NCBI RefSeq assembly: GCF_006345805.1
Contig: NC_043000.1
Location: forward strand, 106,950,001 to 107,014,000
Source of the DNA: Octopus sinensis
Lineage: Eukaryota
Length of the DNA: 64,000 nt
Direction of reading: 5' to 3'
Made by a program: the position numbers and the translations under genes. Below the pieces are notes generated by a model, which ran no database searches, was not told the origin of the DNA, and saw nothing but the letters and a program-made list of their open reading frames with translations. Positions 25,828 to 38,264 of this stretch are shown one piece after another (the stretch's first letter is position 1; each line of letters opens with the position of its first letter).

Positions 25828-25990
25828 TACTCTTTCGCCACAACTTTCTCTCACTCTTTCTTCTATTGGCCTGCTCGCTTAGCCAGCGGGGTGGCATCAT
25901 TTGAAGGCTAAAACAAGGCGAAGAGCATTGTTACCAGCGATGTGTAGCAACATCTGATAGCCTGGTCGGTCACGGTGATCACGATGATAT
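25828..25990 (+). mobile_element. SINE family B, 3' part (tail type 3)
   Basis: Matches 56890-57030. Confidence 0.8.
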
Positions 25991-26832
25991 ATATATGTAT
26001 ATATATAAAATAACAAACTAAGGAAATGAATTCATTCAAAGGGGTGTGTAAAACATCCAATTCACTAGTACATTAGTTGAATACCTCATAAATAGAGTAT
26101 AATATAAATTACAAACAATACATTAGAGAGATTCAATTGACAATCCAATAATTTATATTATAATATAACATAATATACTATGAATATAAGATAACATAAG
26201 ATAACAAAAGCTCATTAAAAGACACCAAAAGAGTCAACAATTTATTTTGACTTATATACATTATTTGATTTATAAACACTTCATATCCATTTATATAAAT
26301 CTTTTCAGTGACTTATATAAATGACTCCAGTGCGTAACTGATACTTATGTAATCGATCCCACGGTAGTGGTTGAATATATTCTGAAGCCCACCATTTCGT
26401 CAATCGCAGCAGCTTCCAAGCTTCACAACTAATTCAGTTCTCAACTAAATTGCAAACTGTTAAAAGTTTTAAAGAGGACACCTCCTCAGCTACACTTTGG
26501 CATAAATAGTTTGAGATTTGGTTCAGTAGAAAGAAAGTTACATCAAAATGTCTGCGACTTCAAAGGGAGCAGTAAGGCATGTATTCATCTTCAATTAACA
26601 TAAACGTATTAATTTTATAATAAAAGTATACTTTTCTTAGGCTTAAATGATAGAAAAATGCATGAGGAATTCAGAATCGTTAGTCGCATGGAACAAAGAT
26701 TAGTAGAAAATAAAGTTAAGGGGTAAAATGCCACGAAATTTTATGTCACTAAGTAAGGAAGTAAGAGGTAACGCCTAAGCAATAAGAATAAAGGATATAT
26801 TGCTAAAATGAATGCTCGCGGTTCCAATACGG

Positions 26833-26955
26833 CGAGCTGGCAGAAATGTCAGCGCGCCGGACGAAATTCTTAGCGATGTTTGCCTGTATTTACATTTTGA
26901 GTTCAAATTCCGCCGAGGCCGACTTTCCCTTTTATCCATTTCGGATATATTCAAT
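26833..26955 (+). mobile_element. SINE family D, 5' part
   Basis: ggcgagctggcagaaat ... gagttcaaattccgccgagg. Confidence 0.75.
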
Positions 26956-27780
26956 TAGGCGTTACAGAGTGACAATGGACAAATTCGTGTTTAATAAGTG
27001 CCAATACACGAAACTCTTAGGTTTTGATTTACTCTCTGACTTCTACCGATGATATATATATATATTATACATATATGTGGGGAAAATTTCATCACACAAT
27101 CAAACGCTAAAATCGCAGCCAATGTATCCCCCCACCTAAATCACGCCCATTGTACGTAATGTCCTACATTATCCCTAAAAAGATGTTTTGCTGAAAGCTG
27201 GAATATCTTTGATGATAGGTTTGCTGTATCAGGGTTGATTTGAGGCTAAATAGCATTATGATAAATTTCTATAGTAACACTCGCACGATTTTCACTAAAA
27301 AAAAAATGATTATTTAGGAAGAAAGTTCATAAATAAAAAAATTCACAAGAAAATTTTTCTTAAATTTGGAAATTATAAAAGATTTTTTTGTTTTTTGTTT
27401 ATAAAATGGTTTTAATTCATGAAAAACCAAATATTTACATAAAATTGAAGGTACAATAATAGTAATTTTTTATTGCAAAATTAGGTTACTAAGGTGAGCC
27501 TGGTAGCTGATGGGTCTTGTTGTTTGTAACTTTTGGTGAGCCATGGTGCAACCAACAACATGGTAAAATTCCCTGCCATTAATTTGGTGTGGATGGGTAA
27601 TATAAAATAATTCAATCACAATATATATTTTAATTAAACATGAAAAAATTTTAATATTATCATCACTTAGATGGAAAAATTGAAATATTATCTTTGAGTA
27701 TTTTATAAGGTAAAATCTTAAATTATTAATTGACACGTTATTAATTATCTTATAACAACAATGCCTGGAAAAATCATGGA

Positions 27781-28298
27781 TTACATGGGAAAATGCGAGC
27801 ATGAAAAGTAATATTCTTAAGATTATAAACCTGGAAAAGTACAGGACAAGTTATTACACCTGTAAAAGTATAGGGCAAGCTATTACTTTTAGTAAAGTAA
27901 AGAATAAGAAACTTTTTACTTAAAATATTGCAGCTAAAATTAAAATTTGAATATTAAAACATATTTTATTATAGTTTACAAATAACACTATGCTTATTTA
28001 AGTAGAATTTGGCTAACTTACTATCTTAAATACAGAAAAAGTGACTAATTAGACAAACTTACAAATTAGCTGAACAGTTTTGTACAATAAATTTAAAAGA
28101 TGAGAACTGTAAAGAGTGACAAATTAGAACAACTGGCATTCTTTGCTGTAATATTTTAAGTAAAAAGTTTCCTATTCTTTACTTTACTAGAAGTAACAGC
28201 TTGTCCTTTACTTTTACAGGTGTAATAACTTGTCCTGTACTTGGCCTAGCTTATAATCTTAAGAATATTACTTTTAATGCTCACGTTTGTCCATGTAA
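27781..28298. mobile_element. 518-bp MITE with about 155-bp TIRs
   Basis: ttacatgg..gagcat..aaaagtaatattcttaagattataa..aagtacaggacaagttattacacctgtaaaagta mirrored at about 28145-28298. Confidence 0.85.
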
Positions 28299-28742
28299 TA
28301 TATGTATGTATGTATATTCATCCATATACATATATGTATTTATATGTGTGTACGGGTAATTATGTATATATGTATATGTGCATCTATGAATATAATACAG
28401 GATTTCAGTCGAGATATCAGGCTTATTAAATGTTTTCATCGTAGAAGAGCCATTTTCGCTCATTAGCACTATAAAGGCACACAAACTGTTAAATCCTATT
28501 TTCAACAATTTCTTGTTTTATCAAAATTTTTACCTCGAAATTGTGACATGCTCAATGACACTGTTTCACTGCAAGTAAATGAAATTTATTTAATGAACAG
28601 CTCTTATTAGGTCCGTTTTATTACTTTCTTGTTTTCTTTCTCGCTGAACTTTGTTTCATTCATACTAATTGAATATGATCGCTTGATACCATTCACACCT
28701 GATCATCGTTAGTTACTTCCAAGTTTTATTATTTATTTTTAA

Positions 28743-29508
28743 AGGCGGCAGGCTGGCAGAATCGTCAGCACGCCGGGCGAAATGCTTAGCGGTATTTCGT
28801 CTGCCGCTACGTTCTGAGTTCAAATTCTGCCGAGGTCGACTTTGCCTTTCATCCTTTCGGGGTCGATAAATTAAGCACCAGTTACGCACTGGGGTCAATG
28901 TAATCGACTTAATCCGTTTGTCTGTCCTTGTTTGTCCTCTCTGTGTGTAGCCCCTTGTGGGTAGTAAAGAAATAGGTATTTCGTCTGCCGCTACGTTCTG
29001 AGTTCAAATTCCGCCGAGGTCGACTTTGCCTTTCATCCTTTCGGGGTCGATTAAATAAGTACCAGTTACGCACCGGGGTCGATGTAATCGACTTAATCCG
29101 TTTGTCTGTCCTTGTTTGTCCCCTCTGTGTTTAGCCCCTTGTGGGTAGTAAAGAAATAGGTATTTCGTCTGCCGCTACGTTCTGAGTTCAAATTCCGCCG
29201 AGGTCGACTTTGCCTTTCATCCTTTCGGGGTCGATTAAATAAGTACCAGTTACGCACTGGGGTCGATATAATCAACTTAATCCGTTTGTCTGTCCTTGTT
29301 TGTCCCCTCTGTGTGTAGCCCCTTGTGGTCAGTAAAGAAATAGGTATTTCGCCCGTCGCTATATTCCGAGTTCAAATTCCGCCAAGGTCAACTTCGCCTT
29401 TTATTCTTTCGGGATCGATAAGTACCAGTGAAACACTGCGGTTGATATAATCGACTAGTCCGCTCCCCAAAAGTTTCAGGTCTTGTGCCTACAGCAGAAA
29501 GGATTATG
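28743..29508 (+). mobile_element. SINE family D multimer: one head plus 184-bp tandem units
   Basis: Unit starts ggtatttcg at 28791, 28975, 29159 and 29343; the last unit has a different 3' tail. Confidence 0.92.
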
Positions 29509-29989
29509 TATTTATGATTATGCATGCACCCTCGTCAATGTATTAACTTTTTTCGATCTTTCTTCTCTTCCTATTCTTCAAGATTAGTTTTGAAAGTATA
29601 CATTCCATACCCGGTATATATGGACGAAAGTTATTCAAGTACGTATCCCCTTTGAGGTTAACGGTTATAGAAAATAGGTTCCGGCTATGTAGATTAAATA
29701 TAATTTGAAAATTTTTTTCCTTTAGAAAATGTACAAACAAATTTTTTCAAGAAACAAAATGTATAATTGTTTTCTATTTAATTTCTTTCAAACTAATTGC
29801 CTGTACTATCTTGATCAGGATATCTCTATTGCATATTTTTAAAAACAAAATATAAAGCAGTGATACATACACATATATGAGTGAGTGAGGTGAGTGAGTT
29901 AGTAAGTGAGTGAGTGTGTATGCGTGCATGTATACACACACACATATATATGTATATAATTTGAGATAGATATACATACATCATATACA

Positions 29990-30073
<84 letters not shown>

Positions 30074-30367
30074 CATATATAGAGAGATATACATTATATA
30101 TGTGTGTGTGTATGAGTTTGTATGTGTGTACAGGTAAAAACGCATGTCTAAAATACACACAAATACATATATATCTGTATGCTTGTATATGTATCTCTGT
30201 GTATATTCCCTTACTTCGAAAATCTCGAGTACTTAGTTCCATGAAATACTTAATACATTATAAATTCAGAGTTTGCATAACTGTTTCCAAGATAATGATC
30301 TTACAACATACGTAAATTGTTTCAATTCATGTTCACGTCTCATAGAAGGTCAGAACAGGTTAATATA

Positions 30368-30504
30368 TTTTCTACTATTGGCACAAGCTCTGAAATTTTG
30401 TGTGAAGGGGCTAGTTGATTATATCGACCCCAGTGCCAAATGGCACGTACAGTATGCCATCGACCGCGAACGGATGAAGTGCAAAGTCGACGTCGGCGAA
30501 ATTT
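30368..30504 (-). mobile_element. SINE family D, 3' part
   Basis: ggcacaag..tgaaatttt..gtcgat..atcgacccc..gatgaa..gcaaagtcgac. Confidence 0.7.
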
Positions 30505-30607
30505 GTCAATGATATGCTAGTAACATGTATATAACGGCAGCACAGTTCAAACTTAAAAATAAAATATTAGCCATATCAAACATAAAACAAAGTAAGATTA
30601 GTAAGGG

Positions 30608-30772
30608 AGCAGGTGTAGCTGTGTGATGAGAAGTTTGCTTCCTAACTATATGGTTCCTGGTTCACTTTACTGCATGGCACTTTCGACAAGTGCCTTCTGC
30701 TACAGTCTCTAGCTGACTAAGCTTTGTGAGGAGTGAATTTGGTAGACCGGAACTGAAATAAGCCCGTCGTAT
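30608..30772 (+). mobile_element. SINE family A, 5' half; matching tail at about 31120-31290
   Basis: gcaggtgtagctgtgtgatgagaagtttgcttcc ... tttggtagaccggaactgaa. Confidence 0.75.
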
Positions 30773-31049
30773 GTATATATATATATATATATATATAATC
30801 TACTGTTCTGTGATGGTAAGATTAACAAAGAAAGTACTCCGTCTGGCGAAAGATAAATATTATTTGATTGACACAATACATGTTTTATGTGCTACTATTA
30901 GTATATGGTTTGTGCCTGATGAATGTGTAATTCTCAACGTATGAAACTATAAGTACCAGATAAAAACATCTATTGTATCCATCAAATAAAATATATGCTC
31001 ACACACACACACACACATGCATACACACATACACACGCACGCACGCACG

Positions 31050-31118
<69 letters not shown>

Positions 31119-32064
31119 TGGAGGGTTTGTGTTTGTCCAACACCACCGCTTGACACCCGGTCCCTACAACTTAAATGTTCATTTTAACGGAACCGATTGA
31201 ATAAGTACCAGGCTTAAAAATATGTACTGGGGTCGATTTCCTCGGCTAAGCCGTTAAAGGTGGTGACCCAGCATGACTGCAGCCCTAACGAAATAGAAAG
31301 TTATGAAGAATCAATAAAAAATATCATTAACTATGATGTTATATTAACGACCAGAGTCTTAGAAGAGAAATTCTAGAATAACAAGTTTGGTGGACTGGTA
31401 GGCAAAGGAAGAATTTATCATAGATATTTCAATTGAAACGAATATACAGAAGGAAATATGGAAGATGACTTACATATATAGAACATATTATCTAAGATGT
31501 TTTAATGATTCATGTAGTTATATTAATCGGCTAATATTCTGTGTTGTAACAAAAACTCCATGTTAAGTTGGAGATCAAAATTGCCTTTTGATATTAACAC
31601 TGCTTCTGTAGCTGTTAATTACACTTTTTACTATTTATGACACTTCTGAATTTTGTATTAAGATTGAGATCAAACTTTTAAAAGGTATCAATCTAGTAAA
31701 TCCTAGAATATTTTAATACGATGATTGATCTTTATGCAATTTGCACATTCGCGTATAACTCGATATAATTAGTGAAACATTCCGAAGACCGTACTAGTTT
31801 ATTTATTTAGTTTAATATTTTGTTGAAAGTTCGGTAGGAACAATATAACAAAAACTTATGAGATTAAGGTTTATATCTAAAGTGCACTGTGCTAGTATTC
31901 ACGTTAAAAGATGTTATTTGAATTCTTTTCATTATATCGGATGTGCAATATACTGCTTTTGTTGCTATTATTCTTTGATAAGCCTACTGGCTACTTGCGT
32001 GACCAGCGCCTGAATAGACACTAAGTTTCTATACACCGTTAACGAGAGATTCGGCTGTTAACGC

Positions 32065-32133
32065 GTTGCTGGACATCTGCCTCTGAGGAATCCGTAGCAG
32101 GGTGAAATCACGCGATCTGGCAGTTCCGGCGAC
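32065..32133 (+). ncRNA. Type-I hammerhead ribozyme motif
   Basis: Core CUGAGGA 32083-89; stem II atcc/gggt with loop gtagca; GAAA 32104-07; stem III atc/gat with loop acgc; AUC triplet (C32117); stem I ctgcc/ggcag plus distal gttgctgga/tccggcgac. Confidence 0.8.
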
Positions 32134-33565
32134 CGTAGAAGACGAGTCTCATCTGTCAATGAGTGACAAATTTTGAGTGCTTTTTATGCACCGTGAGTTC
32201 TTATGTGAGATTCTCTCAAGGTAAAAATCGCAGTATTCTGTGTATAACACAACCTCCACGTTAAGGTTGGAGATCAAGATTGTCTTTTGGTATTAATACT
32301 GCTCCTATCACCGTTAATTACACTTTTTACTATTTATGACAATTCTGAATTTTGTATTAAGATTGAAATCAAGCTCTTAAAAGCTGTGAGTCTAGTAAAT
32401 CTTATCTGTGACATAGCGTTATTCTAGAATATTTCAATACGATGATAGATCCATTTGCAATTTGTTCATTTGCGTATAAACTCGGTATAATTAGTGAAAC
32501 ATTCCAAACTAAGTTCTTAATTATGTTTCTGTTAGCTTGTTTATTTATTTAGTTTAATACGTTCGTTAGAGGTTCGGTAGGAATATTTTAATATTTATCG
32601 ACCCTTAAAGGATGAAAGGCAAAGTCGACCTCGGCAGAATTAGAACTCAGAACTTATGAGATTAAGGTTTATATCTAAAGTGCACTATGCTAGTATTCAC
32701 ATCTGATGTAATAAATAATACAATTTTAAAACAAAATATAGACTTTTTATATTTTATCCGAAAATTTGGAATTACAGCTGGTGAATGTTAGTAAAGGGTT
32801 CTCTCGGTTGAAACCCTCTACGACAAAAAAATTTTATATCAGTTACTTCGGCCGAATTACTATCAGCCATTCTCACATCGACGCGGATTCTGTATGATTT
32901 ATCAATCCAAATTGATTAATCGCATTGATCAGTTTTCCTGGCCTGCAATATAATCTCGATTCCAGATTCCTCTATATTAATAACAGATTTATTGAACGCA
33001 GTAGTGTTAATTAATAATTTTACGGTTATTGATACTTTGTAATCTCCAATGTCAAGATTCAGAAGGTTAGAGCTTTGGTTATTTGGAATATTATTAAACC
33101 AAACTATAACTGCCTGCCTACAAACTACTTGCTACTTTCCAAAAGTGTTTAACTGGATTATTTGTAGTGGATAACACTACAAATGATATTGATTATGACT
33201 GGAGCAAAAAACTGTGACATTTGTCTTAAAGAAAAACACATCATTTGGTACATTAAAAAAAAAAGATATTTAATTTTTTCACCACCCAACATCGCTTTAT
33301 CATAAACTTTAAAACAAACATGCACGTAACATGGCTAATCGCAATGGTAATAAACGCCTAAATTTATGAATGTGTGACGAGAACAATGCTAACTGGTATT
33401 AATAATTTCTTATTAATTAGTTGATGCGAGCAATCGATTTAATGAAATCCTTTTTCGGCTAAGTAGATGCTGTTTATTATACATGAGACAGGAGTATATT
33501 CGGCAATTTTACGTTTCTGTACAGAAATCTAACACACACACACATATATATATACACACAGATAC

Positions 33566-33634
<69 letters not shown>

Positions 33635-33687
33635 TGTGTGCGTGTGTGTGTGTGTATACGATAGTGAATCCTGGATTCTTTTCAGCC

Positions 33688-33886
33688 TAATAATCCTTTC
33701 TATTATTAGAGGCACAATGCCTGAAATTTTGTGGGAGGAGGTTAGTCGACTGATACTTATTTCATCGACCCCGAAAGGATGAAAGATAAAGTCGACCTCG
33801 GCGGAATTTGAACTCAGAACGTAAAGGACAAAAGGCCGCTAAGCATATTGCCCAGCGTGCTAACGATTCCCCTAGCTCGCCGCCTT
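33688..33886 (-). mobile_element. SINE family D
   Basis: Reverse-complement match to the 28743 head and core. Confidence 0.8.
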
Positions 33887-34424
33887 TCTTTTCAGTTTTA
33901 ATAATGTTATGCATAACGAAATAGAAAGTTATGAAGAATTACTATTTATGACACTTCTGAATTTTGTATTAAGATCAAAATCAAACTTTTAAAAGGTATC
34001 AATCAAGTAACTCCTATCTGTGACTTCACATCATTCTAGAATATTTTAATACGATGATTGATCTTTATGCAGTTTTCTCATTCGCGTATAAACTCGATAT
34101 AATTAGTGAAACATTCCGAAGACCTTACTTGTGTTTCTGTTAGTTTATTTACTTTAATATTTTGTTGAAAGTTCGGTAGAAACAACATAACAAAAACTTA
34201 GAAAGTCCCCAACTATTTCCACTCATGATCAGAGATGCACATCTCGTCAGCCGCCCAGGGAAATGCTCAACTGGTTAAGGTCAAGCAACTGACAAGCAAA
34301 AAAAAAACATTTAATAACAAACCTCGCTGTTCACAACAGAGCAGATTTCTGAATTATTACCATTCACATAGCTACATCAATCACAATTCGAAAGAAAATT
34401 AAAAGAAAGTTATATGTTAAAAAT

Positions 34425-34592
34425 TTTTTCGTCTTCTTCTTTCTTCTTTCTTGTCTTCTTCTTCTTTCTTCTTCTTTCTTCTTCTTCTTCTTCTTTCTTC
34501 TTCTTCTTCTTCTTTTCTTCTTTCTTCTTCTTCTCATTCTTCTTCTTCATTCTTCTTCTTCTTCATTATTATTCATCATCATCATCATCATC
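34425..34592. repeat. (TTC)n-(ATC)n compound microsatellite
   Basis: Direct inspection. Confidence 0.9.
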
Positions 34593-34734
34593 GTAACACG
34601 CCTCTGACGATTTGACATTGAGTCTTGATTAAGTAATTTGCGGAACGTAGCAACTAATTACTCTATGTTAATTAAACTTAGGTAAGATTATATAATTAAA
34701 TATCACTTAAACAATCTCGTATGATTTCTTTTGT

Positions 34735-34810
<76 letters not shown>

Positions 34811-35352
34811 GTGTAACACCCAAATCCAGATTTAATAACAAAAGATGCAATTACGAATGAAAGGCTAGACAGTGTTCTTAAAACAGGTTATTTGTTATCT
34901 AGTTGAAGGTTTAAATTGCACTGTACGAATGTGTGTGTGTGTGGTGTGTGTGTGTGTGTGTGTGTGTATGATATATGTGTGTATGTATATTATTTAGAGA
35001 AAAAGGACAGCAAAAACCAATAATATATACCTGCTAACTCGGAAGCCTAATACGTATCTCAACTCCAGCCTTACCTGTGAACTTGGAATCTAACGGATAA
35101 AGCACTTACTCAGTGTACCTATTCGTTTAGATCACCCGTGAACTAAACCCCTCATATTCTTTATGTGTGTATGCATGTATGTATGTATGTATGTATGTAT
35201 GTATGCATGTATGTATGTATGTATGTATGTATGTATGTATGTATGTATGTATGTATGCATGTATGTATGTATGCATGTATGTAAGTATGTATGGTGTACG
35301 TATGTATGTATACACATACACACATACATACACAAATATATAAGATATATAT

Positions 35353-35401
<49 letters not shown>

Positions 35402-35430
35402 ATATTATATATATAATAGATATATATATA

Positions 35431-35940
35431 TATACAATAATACCTCACTGTACGAGGACTCGCTTTACGAGACCCAGGTTTTACGATTTTATTTCATAAT
35501 AAAGTGCAGAAGTTTCTACTACCATAACAAATGCTTCTGCGTTACAGAGTAATTCATTTATAGAGAGTGAAAAAGAGCTTCTAAGCAAACAACTCTAGAC
35601 TTGTTTTAAATAGCAATCTACGAATCCGTCTACAAGTGCTTGTGAATTGACGATGGCGTCTACAAGTGATGGTGTGCGCCAGTCTAATGCGAGTGAAAGT
35701 GATTCAGAAAACGATTATAATAATAATGTTTTTAATTATAAATGATCATGACATTTTTTTCTTCACATAAAACATTCTTTACATTCTACTTTTGTTTTAT
35801 TGACATTTATTTACGTGTATTATAAATTTTATAGGTAAAATATTTTCAGGGTACAAATTACGATTTATAACATTGCTATTATGGGAAATTATTGCTCTCT
35901 TTTACAAGTTTTCGCTTTACGAACGGTCTCCAGGAACAAA
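35431..35940 (+). mobile_element. Tigger/pogo-like non-autonomous DNA element, right end missing
   Basis: Starts tacaataatacctcactgtacgag...cgctttacgag; subterminal ttttcgctttacgaacggtctccaggaac. Confidence 0.5.
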
Positions 35941-36129
35941 TTTTTCTTTTCTTTTCTCATACATATATATGTGCATTTTCTCACTACTTGTTTATCTCGC
36001 TACCTGTTTATGTCTAGCTAGAATTCTTTTTATTTTTTGTATCAAAAATAATCACAATATCTTACCTAGGTTACCAAAAGCTGACGTAGTCTCAACAAAA
36101 TCCAAAATCGATAATCCATAATGACTTCC

Positions 36130-36700
36130 TCTCTTAGAGAATGTCTCATTTTCTGGCTTTCCTTTTCCTTTTTATTTTATTTTATTTTCCGTGTAGCGGT
36201 AATTGGAATTCCATAGTTCATTGGTAGTCTTTCAAATACTGACAAATCAAATTTCAGTATGAATTCGTGTTGGTTGTAATGGTATGATATATGGAAAGTC
36301 AAATTTCTAATACGATTTATTCTTGTGAAATAAGCGGGTAGCAGTGTAAATTATATCGCTGAATGAGCTGACGTCAGATACAAATTTCCGTGAAAGAATG
36401 TCTAACAAACATGATAAGTTTTTTCAGCAATTCGGATGTCACTTTTAGACACATTTCAATGTCTCCTTTGACAGTTTTATACTAGAAATGATATATTATG
36501 CAATAGCTTTCATATTAACAATTATTACTCCCACAGTGTTAGTTGGTAATTTTAAGTTATTCAAGCGCATATAACAAAGAGTTTCATCCAACGATAGATG
36601 AAAAATTCATTAAATCCAGCAGAGTTTATTACAGCGAAAAGAAAAGCAAAAGCATAATATTAATAGTTTCAAAGTTTAGAAGCAAGACCAGCAATTTTGA
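36130..36700 (+). pseudogene. Decayed coding relic paralogous to 55420-55850 and 61000-61560
   Basis: Shared aaatc.aatttca.t..gaattcgtgttgg (KSNF[S/T]MNSCW); the Ser codon differs synonymously (tca/tcc/tct) among the three copies. Confidence 0.5.
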
Positions 36701-36974
36701 GCAGAGGAGCTTGGTTGAAACGATGCTAGTTATAGTGTTGACACACTACCAATTCCTCCAGGTCACTGCCTTTATGTTATTATTCATGGTGCGCAAGAAT
36801 GTTTTACATTCGGAATCAATGTCCTTGATACCGACTCACAACCAGTTTTCTTAGATATCGAAGACCTTTCTTACAAACCTTACTGTTCACAACAGAGCAG
36901 ATTTCTGAATTAATACAACTCACATACTTACACCAATCTCAATAAAATAACTTTTGTAGAAACGCTCCTCAATT

Positions 36975-37058
36975 TTCTTCTCTTCTTCTTCTTCTTCTTC
37001 TTCTTCTTCTTCTTCTTCTTCTTCTTCTTCTTCTTCTTCTTTCTTCTTTAATATTCTT

Positions 37059-37090
<32 letters not shown>

Positions 37091-37175
37091 TATTATTATT
37101 ATTATTATTATCATTATTATCATTATTATTATTATTATTAATAATAATAATAATGTTGTTGTTGTTGTTGTTTTT
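36975..37175. repeat. (TTC)n-(ATC)n-(ATT)n-(AAT)n-(GTT)n microsatellite chain
   Basis: Direct inspection. Confidence 0.92.
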
Positions 37176-37180
37176 GAGAT

Positions 37181-37282
37181 GATGAGCTGACAGAATCGTT
37201 AGCACGCCGGACGAAATGCTTAGCGGTATTTCGTCCGTTTTCACGTTCTGAATTCAAACTCCGCCGAGGTCGACTCTTCCTT
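37181..37282 (+). mobile_element. SINE family D, 5' part
   Basis: gagctgacagaatcgttagcacgccggacgaaatgcttagcggtatttcg. Confidence 0.8.
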
Positions 37283-37784
37283 ATCAGTTCAGAAATAGTA
37301 AAGGAAAAATTAAGCCATTTATGCTACATGGATGATCTGAAGCTTTCTAGTAAGAATGGAAAAGCTATAGATTCTCTAATACAGACTGTAAGACTCTTCA
37401 GCAAAGATATAGGCATGGAATTTGGCATAGATAAATGTGCAATATTAGTCATGAGAAAGGGAGAGCGAAGGCTTCCAATTACCAGATGGCCAGACATTAA
37501 AATCATAGAAAGGAGGAGAGAGTTATAAGTATCTAGGAGTATTAGAATCTGATAGAGTACTAACTATAGAAATGAAAACAAAAATTGAGGAGTACATCAG
37601 AAGGGCGAGGAAGCTAATGAAGTCAAAGCTAAATAGCCCGAATCTAGCGAAGGCTGTAAACACTTAGGTAGTATCATTACTTAGATACTCAGAGGCTCTT
37701 GTAGATTGGACAAAAACTGAACTAGCAAATCTAGACAGAAGAACTAAGAAGGAATTCAATATGAATGGAGTACTTTACCCTCAT
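37282..37784 (+). mobile_element. R4/Dong-like LINE reverse-transcriptase fragment
   Basis: HLCYMDDLKL...IGMEFGIDKCA...YKYLGVLE...DWTKTELANLDRRT; frameshifts and stops. Confidence 0.88.
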
Positions 37785-38153
37785 TTGAAATCCTGTCACT
37801 AAAAGAAAGAATTTCACCGCTTACACATACGTACATAGACACCCACACATGTTGTTTCTGTTTAAGTCTTCCTGCATCTCTCTCTTTCTGCATCACCTTT
37901 ACCCATCATCCTTACCCTCTTCATTCCACAATCATATATTCAAGAAAGTTGGACTACATAGTTGCCACTTGAATGCTGACAATGGTTAAATGGCCAATCT
38001 AAGAGGAATAACACTGATAGGCTTTAGAGCCAGCTTTGGTTTTGACTGTTATTCAATTCCTGGGCTTCCTTCTAGGTTTTACGTCTCTGGGGCTTGTAAA
38101 CCGGATGTAGCGTTTTCAGATGTCTAGTAAAAGAGGAGTCCAACCTATACTCT

Positions 38154-38241
38154 TCAATTCAAATATGTCTGACGACTGCTAATTTACCCTTCCTCACTTG
38201 GAAGGTACTTAAACACGAAACCATTGAGTAACATGAATTGA
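38154..38241 (+). ncRNA. Decayed type-I hammerhead ribozyme motif
   Basis: CUGACGA 38169-75; GAAAC 38217-21; GUA triplet 38228-30; stem I atgt/acat plus tcaattc/gaattga with an aaat bulge; stem II hairpin partly mismatched, C.C closing pair. Confidence 0.6.
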
Positions 38242-38264
38242 TTACTTTGATGCTAATTTATATA

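Larger units (their letters stand above)
31541..34200 (+). repeat. Three diverged copies of a roughly 350-bp AT-rich unit
   Basis: tactatttatgaca..ttctgaattttgtattaagat ... cgtataaactcg.tataattagtgaaacattcc at about 31541-31905, 32240-32700 and 33930-34200. Confidence 0.85.

Noticed and set aside
24976-29508. CRISPR-like arrays (25-bp and 184-bp repeats)
   Set aside because: No unique spacers, no cas genes, eukaryotic context
34604-34650. CUGACGA followed by ggaacgta
   Set aside because: GAAA is broken, stem II does not close and there is no stem I
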